From the NCBI GenBank assembly GCA_046582655.1, contig JAYGDX010000185.1:64840-128839 (forward strand): a DNA stretch of 64,000 nucleotides. The letters are read 5' to 3'. This stretch comes from Candidatus Poribacteria bacterium. GTDB taxonomy: Bacteria > Poribacteria > WGA-4E > UBA9662. Shown here piece after piece: positions 1-11,743 of this stretch. The position numbers were made by a program, and so were the translations under genes. Numbering within the stretch: position 1 is the stretch's first letter; the number at the start of each line of letters is the position of its first letter. The notes under the pieces are model-generated. The model did not search any database and had not been told where the DNA came from. It saw only the letters and a list, made by a program, of their open reading frames with translations.

Positions 1-14
1 GAGGTGACGGCAAG

Positions 15-344
15 ATGGATGATGCAAGACCACCTAGCAGAAACCAAGAATCAACGGTCAGAGAGAAACATCGCTATTCAATTGGCACACGTCAGTCTGC
101 GCTGGCTAGCGTTGGGGATCTCAGTGCAATTGGGTTGACGCTTGTTCTGGCAATCGTGATAGGGGTTTTTGCGGGAAAGTGGCTTGGCAGTAAGTTTGGT
201 AATCAGGAACTCGGATTGATAATTGGTTTTTTGTTAGGCACGGCTGCAGGGTTTATCCAGATGTACAAGTCCATTTCCCGTTGGAATCAACGTGTTGAAC
301 AACAAAAGGAACTTGAACAAAAAAGCAAAATCAATCCAGATTAA
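15..344 (+). CDS. atpZ: AtpZ/AtpI-family small membrane protein (ATP synthase accessory)
   Basis: Two TM helices (IGLTLVLAIVIGVFAGKWLG; GLIIGFLLGTAAGF); first gene of the atp operon. Confidence 0.75.
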   Translation: MDDARPPSRNQESTVREKHRYSIGTRQSALASVGDLSAIGLTLVLAIVIGVFAGKWLGSKFGNQELGLIIGFLLGTAAGFIQMYKSISRWNQRVEQQKELEQKSKINPD

Positions 345-357
345 AAAATGATCCAAC

Positions 358-777
358 ATGCCTAAGCAATCCTCTTTTGAGGTTGACGGTCAGTTTCTCA
401 GACAGGTATACTATCTGACTGTGATTCTGGCGGTAGTTTTGACCGCTTTGTTCGGGATAATTTATGGCTTTCCTACTGCACTCAGTTTTGTGGTCGGGAG
501 CTTTTTAAGTTTAGGTGCGGTCTTAGTACTAGAATTCGTTGTTCGTCTTATGGTCAAGCCTGGGAGTTCCACCAAGACGAAGAGGTGGCTTGGCTTGATT
601 GCGCTGGGAAAATACACGTTTATTTTCGTTGGGTTTTATTTCCTGATGAAGGCCGATTGGCTTAATATTTATTCATTGGCTGTAGGTGTTGGGTTGGTTC
701 AGGTTGTTGTTATCCTCAAAGCAATTAAGCTGATGGTGCTGATTCTGCTAGGCAACAATACAAGCAAAAACAGTTGA
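358..777 (+). CDS. atpI: ATP synthase protein I
   Basis: 4-TM hydrophobic protein directly upstream of atpB. Confidence 0.75.
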   Translation: MPKQSSFEVDGQFLRQVYYLTVILAVVLTALFGIIYGFPTALSFVVGSFLSLGAVLVLEFVVRLMVKPGSSTKTKRWLGLIALGKYTFIFVGFYFLMKADWLNIYSLAVGVGLVQVVVILKAIKLMVLILLGNNTSKNS

Positions 778-1601
778 TGAAAATAAAAAAGGCTCCTTAT
801 ATATCGCTATTACTTGCTGTTTCCTTTTTTTCTGCAGTTGCAATCCGTCCTGTATCTGCTTCAGAAGATTCGCATCGTACTTGGTTAAAACCCATTTCAG
901 ATCTTCCCTTACTCAAAGCGCTTCAATCTAACGTTTGGCACCAACCGGACCTGATCCCCAACACCTATTTCGTCGTACTGATTCTTGTCGTGCTTTTCAG
1001 CTTGACAACGCGAAACCTAAAACGCTTACCCGACAGTAAAAGACAAGCATTTCTTGAGCTCTTTACAGCTGGCATAACTAATTTCTTCGGTAACATTCTG
1101 GGTGATCATGGCAAAAAATATGTATGGTTTCCTGGCTCATTTTTTGTTTTTATTCTATCTTTGAATTATCTTGGTCTTATTCCTGGCCTTCAATCGCCGA
1201 CTGCTGATTTAAACACAACCCTTGCTTTGGGCATAACAGCCTTGATTGGTGTTCATATTATTGCAATTAAAGAGAATGGAATCCCTGGTTACTTGAAACA
1301 TTTTATTGGGGATCCCTGGTGGTTGGGACCGTTGATGTTTCCTTTGCATATCGTGGGTGAATTGGCACGTGCTGGTTCACTGGCAATTCGGCTTTTTGGA
1401 AACATTTATGGTGAGGAAATGGTCATTTTTCAACTGACATTGTTAGGCCTTGGAATTTGGTTTCCAGTTCAATTTCCGATGTTGTTTTTTGGATTGTTTG
1501 GTGGTTTTCTACAGGCCTTCGTTTTTTCGATTTTGACGTCAATCTACATTGTTACGTTTTTAGAGCACGGTGATGATCACGGTGCCGAAGCACATCACTA
1601 A
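777..1601 (+). CDS. atpB: F0 subunit a, with signal-peptide-like N-terminal extension
   Basis: NYLGLIPG, SPTADLNTT, SLAIRLFGNI (essential Arg), LQAFVF; ATG at 777 overlaps the atpI stop (TGATG). Confidence 0.97.
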   Translation: MKIKKAPYISLLLAVSFFSAVAIRPVSASEDSHRTWLKPISDLPLLKALQSNVWHQPDLIPNTYFVVLILVVLFSLTTRNLKRLPDSKRQAFLELFTAGITNFFGNILGDHGKKYVWFPGSFFVFILSLNYLGLIPGLQSPTADLNTTLALGITALIGVHIIAIKENGIPGYLKHFIGDPWWLGPLMFPLHIVGELARAGSLAIRLFGNIYGEEMVIFQLTLLGLGIWFPVQFPMLFFGLFGGFLQAFVFSILTSIYIVTFLEHGDDHGAEAHH

Positions 1602-1660
1602 GTTGTGGTTGTGTCAATATTTTTACTGTTTTAAACATAATTTTCTAGGAGGGAATATTT

Positions 1661-1966
1661 ATGATTTATCTTGCGGTTTTGGCTTTTGGTGTTACGCTTG
1701 GTTTGCCGATTGCTGTGACGTTTGCTTCGACTGCACAAGGGAAAGCAACGAGCACTGCCCTTGAGGGAATCGCTCGGCAGCCGGAAGCAACTGGGCAAAT
1801 TCAAACAGCTATGATTATTGGTTTGGCACTGATTGAATCACTAGTCATATACTCGTTATTGATGTTCTTTTTGTTGATGGGGAAACTCCCGAGTAACATG
1901 AGTGAGGTGGAAACGCTGATTAAGGCTGAGGCCTCAGCGCAAACACACGAAACACACGAGAATTAG
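1661..1966 (+). CDS. atpE: F0 subunit c, with C-terminal extension
   Basis: IARQPEA loop and LIESLVIY carboxylate; AGGAGG RBS. Confidence 0.97.
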   Translation: MIYLAVLAFGVTLGLPIAVTFASTAQGKATSTALEGIARQPEATGQIQTAMIIGLALIESLVIYSLLMFFLLMGKLPSNMSEVETLIKAEASAQTHETHEN

Positions 1967-2024
1967 GTAACAAAACTAGAATCCAGAAAATTAAGGGGCG
2001 TGTAATATACGTTCGTTATTGCAT

Positions 2025-2639
2025 ATGAGGATATATTTGAGTTTAACATCTGTTCTATGCATAGCGGTTATGGTGCTTACGCCAGTCATGGCGCTTACCG
2101 CAGATGAAGTCGAAACGGATCATGGCAGTCCAGATCATACCGATGGTGGGCTTTTGGAAGCAATGGGATTGAAACCGAAGCTAATTTTTATTCAGGTGTT
2201 AGGTTTTCTCATTGTTTTGTTGGTTCTTAACAAATTTGTTTTCGGCAAAGTTGGCGGCATACTTACTGATCGACAGAATGAAATTGTTTCGCGGATGAAC
2301 AAACTTGAAAGTGATCAGGCTGAACTTGATCGTTTAACGACCGAAACAACGCAACGACTTAATCAGATCGAAGCCGAAGCACAACAAAAAATTCGATCTG
2401 CTATAGATCAAGGTAATGAAGAGCGTCAGCAGATACTTGAAACCGCTCGGCAAGATGCTGCCAACAAAATCGACCAAGCCCGTGTTGAAATCCAGCGTGA
2501 GAAAGAAGAAGCAATTCTAGAACTGCGTGGCATTGTGTCTGAGATTGCTATTGATGCTGCCAGCAAAATTATTGATCAACAACTAGATGCTGAAGCACAT
2601 CGGCATATTGTGGATGAGTACATTGGTCAACTTCCATAG
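2025..2639 (+). CDS. atpF: F0 subunit b, with signal-peptide-like N-terminal extension
   Basis: IFIQVLGFLIVLLVLNKFVF TM followed by a long coiled coil; operon position; exact start uncertain (2019/2025/2037). Confidence 0.92.
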   Translation: MRIYLSLTSVLCIAVMVLTPVMALTADEVETDHGSPDHTDGGLLEAMGLKPKLIFIQVLGFLIVLLVLNKFVFGKVGGILTDRQNEIVSRMNKLESDQAELDRLTTETTQRLNQIEAEAQQKIRSAIDQGNEERQQILETARQDAANKIDQARVEIQREKEEAILELRGIVSEIAIDAASKIIDQQLDAEAHRHIVDEYIGQLP

Positions 2640-2693
2640 GATAATGTAAGTTAGGTAGATCAGTATCAAATTCACGTAGTCATAGGGAACTAA

Positions 2694-3233
2694 ATGCGGG
2701 ATATTCGGGTAGCCAAACGTTACGCCGATGCTATTTATAGCGCAGCAGCTGAAGTAGGTGTTTTAGATAATGTAATTGAGGATGTAATCAGTCTGCTGGA
2801 TTTAATTAGGGACTCCGATGGCTTCGATGCTTTCCTGCACGATCTATTGATCGCACCTGAAACCAAACAGTCAATTCTGCAAGAATTATTAGGTGATCAC
2901 CTTGACCCGCTTCTGCTAAATTCCTTGTTCCTTCTGGTATTGAAGCATCGTGAACGGTCAACTGAAGATATCTTATCAGCATTCCTACAACTTGTGGATG
3001 AACAAGCTGGGAGGTTGGTTGCAGATGTTACTTCTGCAATTGAGTTAACGGATAAACAGCAAGATGCATTGGTTGAGAAACTTAATGGTTATTCAGGGAA
3101 ACAGGTTAGATTGAATATGCAAATTGATTCATCAATCAAAGGGGGTTTTATCGCTAAGTTGGAGGACACTGTTTTTGATGGAAGTGTAGCAACACAATTG
3201 CAACGGCTGAAAAAACAGCTGGCTAGAGGATAA
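2694..3233 (+). CDS. atpH: F1 subunit delta
   Basis: VAKRYADA N-terminus; [14 protein letters not shown]-terminus. Confidence 0.95.
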   Translation: MRDIRVAKRYADAIYSAAAEVGVLDNVIEDVISLLDLIRDSDGFDAFLHDLLIAPETKQSILQELLGDHLDPLLLNSLFLLVLKHRERSTEDILSAFLQLVDEQAGRLVADVTSAIELTDKQQDALVEKLNGYSGKQVRLNMQIDSSIKGGFIAKLEDTVFDGSVATQLQRLKKQLARG

Positions 3234-3241
3234 GAAACTTT

Positions 3242-4777
3242 ATGGCAAAAGATATCAGACCTGATGAGATCTCAAGTATCCTGAAGCAACAACTTTTACA
3301 ATACAGTCGTGATGTAGACGTTTATGACATGGGAACGGTACTGCAAGTTGGAGATGGAATTGCGAGAGTACATGGATTAGCAAATGCTATGGCGGGTGAG
3401 CGTATAGAATTCCCGAATGATGTGTTTGGTATGGTTTTCAATCTGGAAGAGGATAACGTTGGTTGTGTCCTTTTTGGGGAAGACAAGCTTATTCATGAAG
3501 GAGATACTGTCAAGCGAACCAATTCTCTTTTAGAAGTTCCTGTTGGAGACGAGATGCTTGGACGTGTTGTCAACGCACTTGGTGAGCCCCTTGATGGAAA
3601 AGGCCCAATTGAGACTTCCCAAACTCTCCCCGTTGAACGAAAAGGTTTGGGAATTGTTCAGCGGCAACCTGTGTCTGAACCTTTGTTTACTGGTATAAAA
3701 GCAATCGACAGTATGATACCGGTTGGGCGAGGACAGCGGGAGTTAATTATCGGTGACCGGCAGACGGGGAAAACTGCGATTGCCATTGACACCATTATCA
3801 ACCAGAAGGATTCCGGGGTAAAGTGTATTTATGTTGCTGTGGGCCAGAAAGGATCAACGGTTGCCCAGATTGTTAACACTCTTGAAGATCATGGCGCTTT
3901 GGAATATACGATTGTTGTTTCCGCGACAGCAAGTGATGCCTCACCACTTCAATATCTTGCACCTTATACAGGGACGTCAATGGGGGAATATTTCCGTGAC
4001 CAAAGTGGACACGCATTAATAATCTACGATGATCTGACCAAGCACGCTTGGGCTTATCGGCAAATGTCGTTGTTGTTACGTCGGCCGCCGGGTCGTGAAG
4101 CTTATCCGGGTGATGTTTTCTATCTGCATTCTCGCTTACTTGAGAGAGCGGCGAAGTTAAGTGATAAGTTGGGTGCGGGATCGTTGACAGCGCTTCCGAT
4201 TATTGAAATTCACGAAGGTGATTTAACAACCTACATACCGACGAATGTTATTTCAATTACGGATGGTCAAATATACCTGACGGCAGATCTGTTTAATGCT
4301 GGAATCCGTCCTGCAATTAATGCTGGTGTTTCCGTTTCACGTGTGGGAGGAGATGCGCAGATAAAAGCGATGAAAGCAGATGAAGTGGCTAAAACTATGC
4401 GGCTGGATTTAGCACGTTACCGTGATGTGGCGGCGTTTGCCCAATTCGGTTCCGACCTTGATGCCTCAACGCAACAACAACTTCGTCGTGGAGATCGCTT
4501 AGTTGAGCTATTAAAGCAGCCACAATACGAACCAATGTCAGTGGAAAGGCAAATTGCATCGATTTTCTGTGGCTCCAACGGGTACCTAGATGATCTGGAT
4601 CTACATGATCTGGCACGGTTCGAATCAGAATTCTTGATCTACATGGATCAGAATCATAACGATATATTGGAAGAGATTGCTGAAACTGGTGATTTGAGCG
4701 ATGAGTTGGTTGAACGATTACACACAGCCGCAAAAAATTTCAGAAATATCTTTGAGCCAACTGAGTCCAACGCGTAA
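3242..4777 (+). CDS. atpA: F1 subunit alpha
   Basis: GDRQTGKT P-loop; [24 protein letters not shown]. Confidence 0.99.
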   Translation: MAKDIRPDEISSILKQQLLQYSRDVDVYDMGTVLQVGDGIARVHGLANAMAGERIEFPNDVFGMVFNLEEDNVGCVLFGEDKLIHEGDTVKRTNSLLEVPVGDEMLGRVVNALGEPLDGKGPIETSQTLPVERKGLGIVQRQPVSEPLFTGIKAIDSMIPVGRGQRELIIGDRQTGKTAIAIDTIINQKDSGVKCIYVAVGQKGSTVAQIVNTLEDHGALEYTIVVSATASDASPLQYLAPYTGTSMGEYFRDQSGHALIIYDDLTKHAWAYRQMSLLLRRPPGREAYPGDVFYLHSRLLERAAKLSDKLGAGSLTALPIIEIHEGDLTTYIPTNVISITDGQIYLTADLFNAGIRPAINAGVSVSRVGGDAQIKAMKADEVAKTMRLDLARYRDVAAFAQFGSDLDASTQQQLRRGDRLVELLKQPQYEPMSVERQIASIFCGSNGYLDDLDLHDLARFESEFLIYMDQNHNDILEEIAETGDLSDELVERLHTAAKNFRNIFEPTESNA

Positions 4778-4788
4778 ACTGGAAATTA

Positions 4789-5658
4789 ATGGCTACACTT
4801 CGGGAAATTAGACGTCGGATTGCTAGTGTTACCAAAATTTCGCAGGTAACCGATGCGATGCGAATGGTTGCTACCGCCAAACTTCGGCGGGCGCAGGAAG
4901 CTATTGAGGCAAATAGACCGTATGCGGAGAAGTTTGATCTGTTGCTTGGCCATTTACTTGCCCAGATAGATATAGATGAAGTGCCTCATCTGTTTCTTGT
5001 TCCCCATGAAATGAAATCTGTTTGTTTGGTTGCTGTTTCCAGCGACCGAGGGCTTTGTGGAGGTTTTAACGCCAACATTGTCAAAGCCTCGAACAAACGA
5101 ATTGGTTTCTACACAAATCAGGGGTTTGACGTCAGCTTAATTTGTGTCGGTCGTCGAGTAGCCGATTCTTTTAGAAAGCGTGAACATAGGGTAATTGCTG
5201 AATATTCGAATGCATTTCAGACTTTACGTTTTGAGACAGCTATTGATATTGTTAGCAAGTTTGATGAGCTTTATCTTGAAAAACAAATTGATAAAGTTGA
5301 GGTGATTTATAACAATTTTAGATCTGCAATAACACAAAATGTGTTAGTTGAGCAGTTGTTGCCGCTCACCCCTAATCCTCCCACTGGTGACGACCTGTTT
5401 TGGGATTACCTTTACGAACCTACGCAGTCCGAGATTTTTGAACGGGTTTTGTCGAAACATCTAAACATTCAAACTTGGAAGGTTTTACTGGATTCTCATG
5501 CTGCGGAACACGCAGCACGGATGACTGCAATGGAAAACGCTACGAGTAATGCAAAAGAGATTATTGATGAGCTTATACTGCAACGTAACCGCGCGCGCCA
5601 AGCCATAATTACAAAAGAAATCTCCGAAATCGTGGGTGGAGCAGAAGCACTAGGTTAA
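4789..5658 (+). CDS. atpG: F1 subunit gamma
   Basis: SDRGLCGGFN; EHAARMTAM; RQAIITKEISEIVGGA. Confidence 0.98.
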   Translation: MATLREIRRRIASVTKISQVTDAMRMVATAKLRRAQEAIEANRPYAEKFDLLLGHLLAQIDIDEVPHLFLVPHEMKSVCLVAVSSDRGLCGGFNANIVKASNKRIGFYTNQGFDVSLICVGRRVADSFRKREHRVIAEYSNAFQTLRFETAIDIVSKFDELYLEKQIDKVEVIYNNFRSAITQNVLVEQLLPLTPNPPTGDDLFWDYLYEPTQSEIFERVLSKHLNIQTWKVLLDSHAAEHAARMTAMENATSNAKEIIDELILQRNRARQAIITKEISEIVGGAEALG

Positions 5659-5671
5659 TTTGAAAGGATAG

Positions 5672-7075
<1,404 letters not shown>

Positions 7076-7081
7076 TATCTT

Positions 7082-7492
7082 ATGTTAGATCGACAATTTA
7101 GTGTTGAAATACGAACCCCCGAAAAACTAGTCTATCAGGGAGAAGTTAAGAGCATCCATGCCTCAGGTACGAATGGGGCTTTTCAGGTTCTAACCGGTCA
7201 TATTCCTTTTTTGACAACGATTGAATCTGGGGAGCTGATTGTAGAAGACCATCATGGGATTCGTTCAATGGTGACTAGTAGTGGGGTTTTCGAAGTCTTG
7301 CGAGATGGCGTTACTGTACTTGTTGAATCAGCTGAATGGTCTAATGAAATTGATACTCAGCGGGCCGAAGAAGCTTTACAGCGTGCGAGAGAGCAGTTAG
7401 CCTCCCAACTTCCTGACATGGACTATATTTTCGTAGAGCTTGCTTTAGCCCGTGCTGTTGCTCGTTTGAAAGTTGCAAAGTCTTCTCGGTAA
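7082..7492 (+). CDS. atpC: F1 subunit epsilon
   Basis: IRTPEK..GAFQVLTGHIP; EIDTQRAEEA helix. Confidence 0.95.
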   Translation: MLDRQFSVEIRTPEKLVYQGEVKSIHASGTNGAFQVLTGHIPFLTTIESGELIVEDHHGIRSMVTSSGVFEVLRDGVTVLVESAEWSNEIDTQRAEEALQRAREQLASQLPDMDYIFVELALARAVARLKVAKSSR

Positions 7493-7507
7493 CGTCTAGT
7501 TAATTTA

Positions 7508-7559
7508 TTAAAAGGGGAGGATAGCTGAGAGAATTCTTTCAGTTGTTTTCCCCCTTTAA
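7508..7559 (+). terminator. Long RNA hairpin after atpC (terminator or mRNA-stabilising element)
   Basis: 24-position stem (7508-7531 pairing with 7536-7559), one mismatch, five G-U pairs, AATT loop; no strong U-tract. Confidence 0.6.
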
Positions 7560-9150
7560 CGTCAAAGTGTTCAGATTGGATCTGAAAAAAATAACCCACC
7601 AGCTTCAGGCCAAAGATGCAACGCTTTGGTCTGAAGATCCTGATGTACAGACAAAGATTCGCAATCGGCTTGGTTGGTTAGATTGTGTCGACCGGATGCA
7701 GACCTTTCTACCTGAGATTGAAGATTTTGTTGCGTCTGTCAGATCAGATTTTGATCGCATTATTTTGCTAGGTATGGGTGGCAGTGGCCTTGCCTCTGAG
7801 GTATTTGCAGCCACCTTTGGCTCGGCGACAGGTTATCCGGACTTAACAGTAGTTGCTACAACGGATCCTGCTACGATTCTGAAGATTGACCGGGAATTCG
7901 ATTTAGCGAAAACACTCTTTATTGTTTCAACTAAGTCGGGAAATACAATTGAAACTCTTTGTCTTTTCCAATATTTCTATCAACGGTTGGATAAGAAAGG
8001 TGATCATTTTATTGCAATTACCGATCCGGCTTCAAACTTGGAAAAAATCGCAGATGAATGTTGTTTCCGGCAGACGTTTCTAAATCCAGTTGATATTGGG
8101 GGGCGGTATTCTGCCCTGTCTTATTTTGGACTTGTACCTGCTGGATTGATTGGCGTTGACTTGCATCAATTATGGAATCATGCGAAGCAGGTTGATATCG
8201 ATGGATCAGTGGAATTTGGAGTACAGCTTGCAGCGTATGCTCTTGCAGGTCGTGATAAACTGACTCTTCTCGTGTCACCCAAGCTGTCTGCATTTGGATA
8301 CTGGATTGAACAGTTGATCGCTGAAAGTACCGGTAAGCAAGGTAAAGGGATTGTGCCGATTGAAGGAGAAAGAATTGCCGACCCTTCGTATTATGAGCAA
8401 GATAGGGTTTTTGTGTATATCCGTTTCAATGATGAATTGGATGATCAAATCAGAAATATTGAAAGATCCGGCTTACCAGTTATCCAAATTGAATTTAATG
8501 AGATCTATTATCTGGGCCGTGAATTCTTCCGTTGGGAGATTGCAATAGCAATATCTGGAGCTATAATGCAACTCAATCCGTTTGATGAACCAAATGTTAC
8601 TGAGAGCAAACGCATGACTGGGGAGCTCCTTGCCGCTTTTCCTGAAGGTGGTAAATTACCTGAAGAAACACTTGCATTTGAAATAGAACAGATTAAAATT
8701 TATATTAATTCTTCTTGGTCAGAATCAGCAACAGGTTCAATTAGCGAATGGGTTGAACAATTTCTAGGTCAGGCGCGACTTGGGATTGATTACATTGTGG
8801 TACTTGCCTATATCCCAGAGGATAAAGAGACACTTCAGTCTGTTCAAATGGCCATTCGCGATCGTTTCAAAATTGCCACAACTATCGGTTACGGCCCACG
8901 TTATCTGCACTCAACTGGTCAACTTCATAAAGGTGGATTTAACAATGGGATCTTTTTGCTGATCACAGTTGATGATTTGGAGGACGTAGAGATTCCACGC
9001 GTGTCTTATAGCTTTAGCAAACTGAAAATGGCGCAGGCATTTGGAGACTTACGAGCGTTGTGTCGTAAAGATCGACGTATTGCTAGAGTTCACATTTCTG
9101 GCGATTTAAGTCAAGGGTTAGAAAAATTAAAGGAGATGATTGCACCATGA
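7543..9150 (+). CDS. pgi: Glucose-6-phosphate isomerase (type found as the PGI half of transaldolase-PGI fusions)
   Basis: RLGWL, LGMGGSGL, STKSGNTIET, DIGGRYSALS, EQLIAESTGK, NPFDEPNV, GPRYLHSTGQLHKGG; true start may be 7567 or 7576. Confidence 0.9.
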   Translation: MFSPFNVKVFRLDLKKITHQLQAKDATLWSEDPDVQTKIRNRLGWLDCVDRMQTFLPEIEDFVASVRSDFDRIILLGMGGSGLASEVFAATFGSATGYPDLTVVATTDPATILKIDREFDLAKTLFIVSTKSGNTIETLCLFQYFYQRLDKKGDHFIAITDPASNLEKIADECCFRQTFLNPVDIGGRYSALSYFGLVPAGLIGVDLHQLWNHAKQVDIDGSVEFGVQLAAYALAGRDKLTLLVSPKLSAFGYWIEQLIAESTGKQGKGIVPIEGERIADPSYYEQDRVFVYIRFNDELDDQIRNIERSGLPVIQIEFNEIYYLGREFFRWEIAIAISGAIMQLNPFDEPNVTESKRMTGELLAAFPEGGKLPEETLAFEIEQIKIYINSSWSESATGSISEWVEQFLGQARLGIDYIVVLAYIPEDKETLQSVQMAIRDRFKIATTIGYGPRYLHSTGQLHKGGFNNGIFLLITVDDLEDVEIPRVSYSFSKLKMAQAFGDLRALCRKDRRIARVHISGDLSQGLEKLKEMIAP

Positions 9151-9935
9151 AAAAAGGAATTTGTATAGGAACTTTACCGGGCGGTTCGATTGAAGACCGG
9201 TTTAAACTGGGAAAGGACGCGGGGTTTGATGGTATTGAAATCGGCACGCTTGAAAATGATGGTGATCGGCAGAACTGTAAGATGCTTGCGAATCAGGCTG
9301 GTATAGATTTGTTTAGCGTTATGAACGCTAAACACTGGAGTTTGCCGCTCTCTCACCCCGATCCGGAAGTTCGTGCCGATTCGGTTCAAGGTGTGATTGA
9401 TTCTCTTGACACAGCAACTGTCATTGGTGCTAGTACGGTCTTACTCGTTCCCGCAGTTGTGAATCCTGAAATATCATACGAGGATGCTTATAGCAGATCT
9501 CAGGAAGAAATTAAAAGTTTGATATCTGTTTCTAAAGAGAAAAATGTAAAGATCTCGATTGAGAATGTGTGGAACAAGTTCTTGCTGAGCCCCATTGAGT
9601 TCGTCAACTACATCGACGAATTTGAAAGCGACTGTATCGGTGCCTACTTCGATGTTGGTAATATTTTGCTATATGGTTATCCACAACATTGGATCCGTTC
9701 AATTGGTGGTCGAATGGATAAGGTTCACATCAAAGGGTTTAATGCCAACGGGTTTCGTTGGACGGGATTAATTGAAGATTGTTCAATCGACTGGAATGCA
9801 GTTATGACAGCGCTTTCTGATATCGGTTACGATGAGTACATTACCGCTGAATTGGGCGTAGATCAAAATGATCCCATTGGAGGCACGCATAAAATTAGTC
9901 AAGATATGGATCGGATTATCGCTGGAGAAGTTTAG
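9147..9935 (+). CDS. Sugar phosphate isomerase/epimerase (xylose-isomerase-like TIM barrel)
   Basis: GFDGIE, IENVWNKFLLSP, YFDVGN, VHIKGF, ITAE metal ligands. Confidence 0.85.
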   Translation: MKKGICIGTLPGGSIEDRFKLGKDAGFDGIEIGTLENDGDRQNCKMLANQAGIDLFSVMNAKHWSLPLSHPDPEVRADSVQGVIDSLDTATVIGASTVLLVPAVVNPEISYEDAYSRSQEEIKSLISVSKEKNVKISIENVWNKFLLSPIEFVNYIDEFESDCIGAYFDVGNILLYGYPQHWIRSIGGRMDKVHIKGFNANGFRWTGLIEDCSIDWNAVMTALSDIGYDEYITAELGVDQNDPIGGTHKISQDMDRIIAGEV

Positions 9936-9939
9936 CAAA

Positions 9940-10968
9940 ATGATGATGAAGTCGCGTTTGCAGGAGATACTTGGTGGGTTTGGTGATAGCAAAATTTTGG
10001 TTATTGGTGACTTCTATCTAGATGCGTATTGGATAATCGATAAAACGCGTTCGACCCTTTCGCTTGAAACGCCTTGGCACACTTCACCTGTTGTGGATCA
10101 ACGCTATAGTCCCGGAGCGGCGGGTACAGTTACCAACAACTTGAATGCGTTGGGAGTTGGTTCAGTCTATGTGGTTGGTGTAATCAGTGAAGATGGTTTC
10201 GGTACAACACTAGTTAACCAGCTCAATAAAAATGGTTGCATCACTGACTTTATGATTAGTTCCTCTGACCGGGTTACCCCAACTTACCTGAAACCGATCC
10301 ATCGCGGCTATGAAAATGTAGCGGTTGAATCCTCTCGTTTTGACATTGAGAATCTAGTGCCATCATCACGTAATCTGGAAGACCAAGTGATTGAAAACTT
10401 AAACGCGTGTGTTCCTCTGGTTGATGGTATAATTGTAGGAGATCAAATGCCTTACGATAATTTAGGAGTAATCACTGACCGGGTTCGTGAGGAGATTTGT
10501 CGTCTTGCTATTGAACTTCCTGAGAAAATCTTCTATGCTGATTCACGAACGCGGATTGGTCGGTACAAGAACCTCGTTATTAAACCGAATCGGTTTGAAG
10601 CAAAACGAGCGATTGAACCGGAATGGGCTGGCGAGGACGTGAACATCGACGAAGTTAAAGAAATTGGCAAAACTTTATTGTCGCATACTGGTCAGTCACT
10701 TTTTATCACTGTTGGGTGTAGCGGTATCGTGGTGTTCGACGGCGATGAAATCAGCCACGTGCCTGGCATCCCCGTTGAAGGTCAAGTTGACCCTGTTGGC
10801 GCAGGTGATAGTGTCTCAGCTGGATTGGTGACATCGCTCTGCTGTGGTGGAAGTTACATCGAAGCTGCAATTATTGGGAATCTTGTGGCTTCAATCACTA
10901 TCACCAAGATTGGTACAACTGGTACCGCCTCGCCTGACGAGGTAATTAATAGATTCCTGTCATTGTAA
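9940..10968 (+). CDS. PfkB-family carbohydrate kinase (HldE/RfaE kinase-like)
   Basis: ILVIGDFYLDAY, PGAAGTV, IKPNRFEA, DPVGAGD; ATG at 9940 follows the upstream stop. Confidence 0.85.
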   Translation: MMMKSRLQEILGGFGDSKILVIGDFYLDAYWIIDKTRSTLSLETPWHTSPVVDQRYSPGAAGTVTNNLNALGVGSVYVVGVISEDGFGTTLVNQLNKNGCITDFMISSSDRVTPTYLKPIHRGYENVAVESSRFDIENLVPSSRNLEDQVIENLNACVPLVDGIIVGDQMPYDNLGVITDRVREEICRLAIELPEKIFYADSRTRIGRYKNLVIKPNRFEAKRAIEPEWAGEDVNIDEVKEIGKTLLSHTGQSLFITVGCSGIVVFDGDEISHVPGIPVEGQVDPVGAGDSVSAGLVTSLCCGGSYIEAAIIGNLVASITITKIGTTGTASPDEVINRFLSL

Positions 10969-10971
10969 AGA

Positions 10972-11736
10972 ATGGATCTTTTAACTGCAATTCATCAGCG
11001 ACGGAGTCATCGTGGTGATTTTGAGAGTAAACCAATTTGTCAAAAGCATCTTGATCAGCTGATAGAAGCTGCTCGATGGGCACCTTCACCATTTAATGTT
11101 CAGCCTTGGAAATTGTTGATTATACTTGATGTGGAAAGCAAGAATACCATTGCGGATCTAACACAATCGGCAATAACCGAACAGCTTAAGGATGCACGTT
11201 TTCTTGATGACAATAGCCGTTGGGTCCGATTGTCTGATGAGGAATGGATGGACAAGAAAGACGGTATTTTACTCTCCGATCATCTGAAATTGCCTCCACC
11301 TTTTGAACGAAATCTAACCAGAGCAAAACCGATACTAAAAAACGCAGGGCTTCTTAGTTTTTTAGGTCATATGAAAGCAGGTAGAATACCTGCAAAAGAG
11401 ATTTCAGACCAGATTAGAAATTCGCCGATTCTGATTCTAATTGTAATGGACTATCAGCGTCGACCGCCGGGTGATGGCAGTCAACGTTGGATGTGGCTTG
11501 GAATGGGAGCCATGATCCAGAACCTCCTGCTTACAGCAGCAGCATTAGAAATTGGCGTTCAGTTTGTCAGTGCTCCAATTGAGCGTGCCGAGGATCGAAA
11601 GACACTAGGCGAAGTTTTTAATATGCCACCGTCCTGCGAAATTATATCTCTTCTCAGAGTCGGGTATGCTAAGCAGATTAATCAGAAATCTGTCCGGTTA
11701 GATCCCTCCGAATTTGTTTGTTACGAAAGTTTCTGA
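10972..11736 (+). CDS. Nitroreductase-family FMN-binding protein
   Basis: RRSHR, ARWAPSPFNVQPW, GAMIQNLLLTAAALEIG, LLRVGY. Confidence 0.85.
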   Translation: MDLLTAIHQRRSHRGDFESKPICQKHLDQLIEAARWAPSPFNVQPWKLLIILDVESKNTIADLTQSAITEQLKDARFLDDNSRWVRLSDEEWMDKKDGILLSDHLKLPPPFERNLTRAKPILKNAGLLSFLGHMKAGRIPAKEISDQIRNSPILILIVMDYQRRPPGDGSQRWMWLGMGAMIQNLLLTAAALEIGVQFVSAPIERAEDRKTLGEVFNMPPSCEIISLLRVGYAKQINQKSVRLDPSEFVCYESF

Positions 11737-11743
11737 AAATGAC

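Noticed and set aside
10972..11736. BluB (cobalamin lower ligand synthase) call because it lies next to cobA
   Set aside because: I could not identify BluB-specific motifs; it has a long insert and no other cob genes are nearby.
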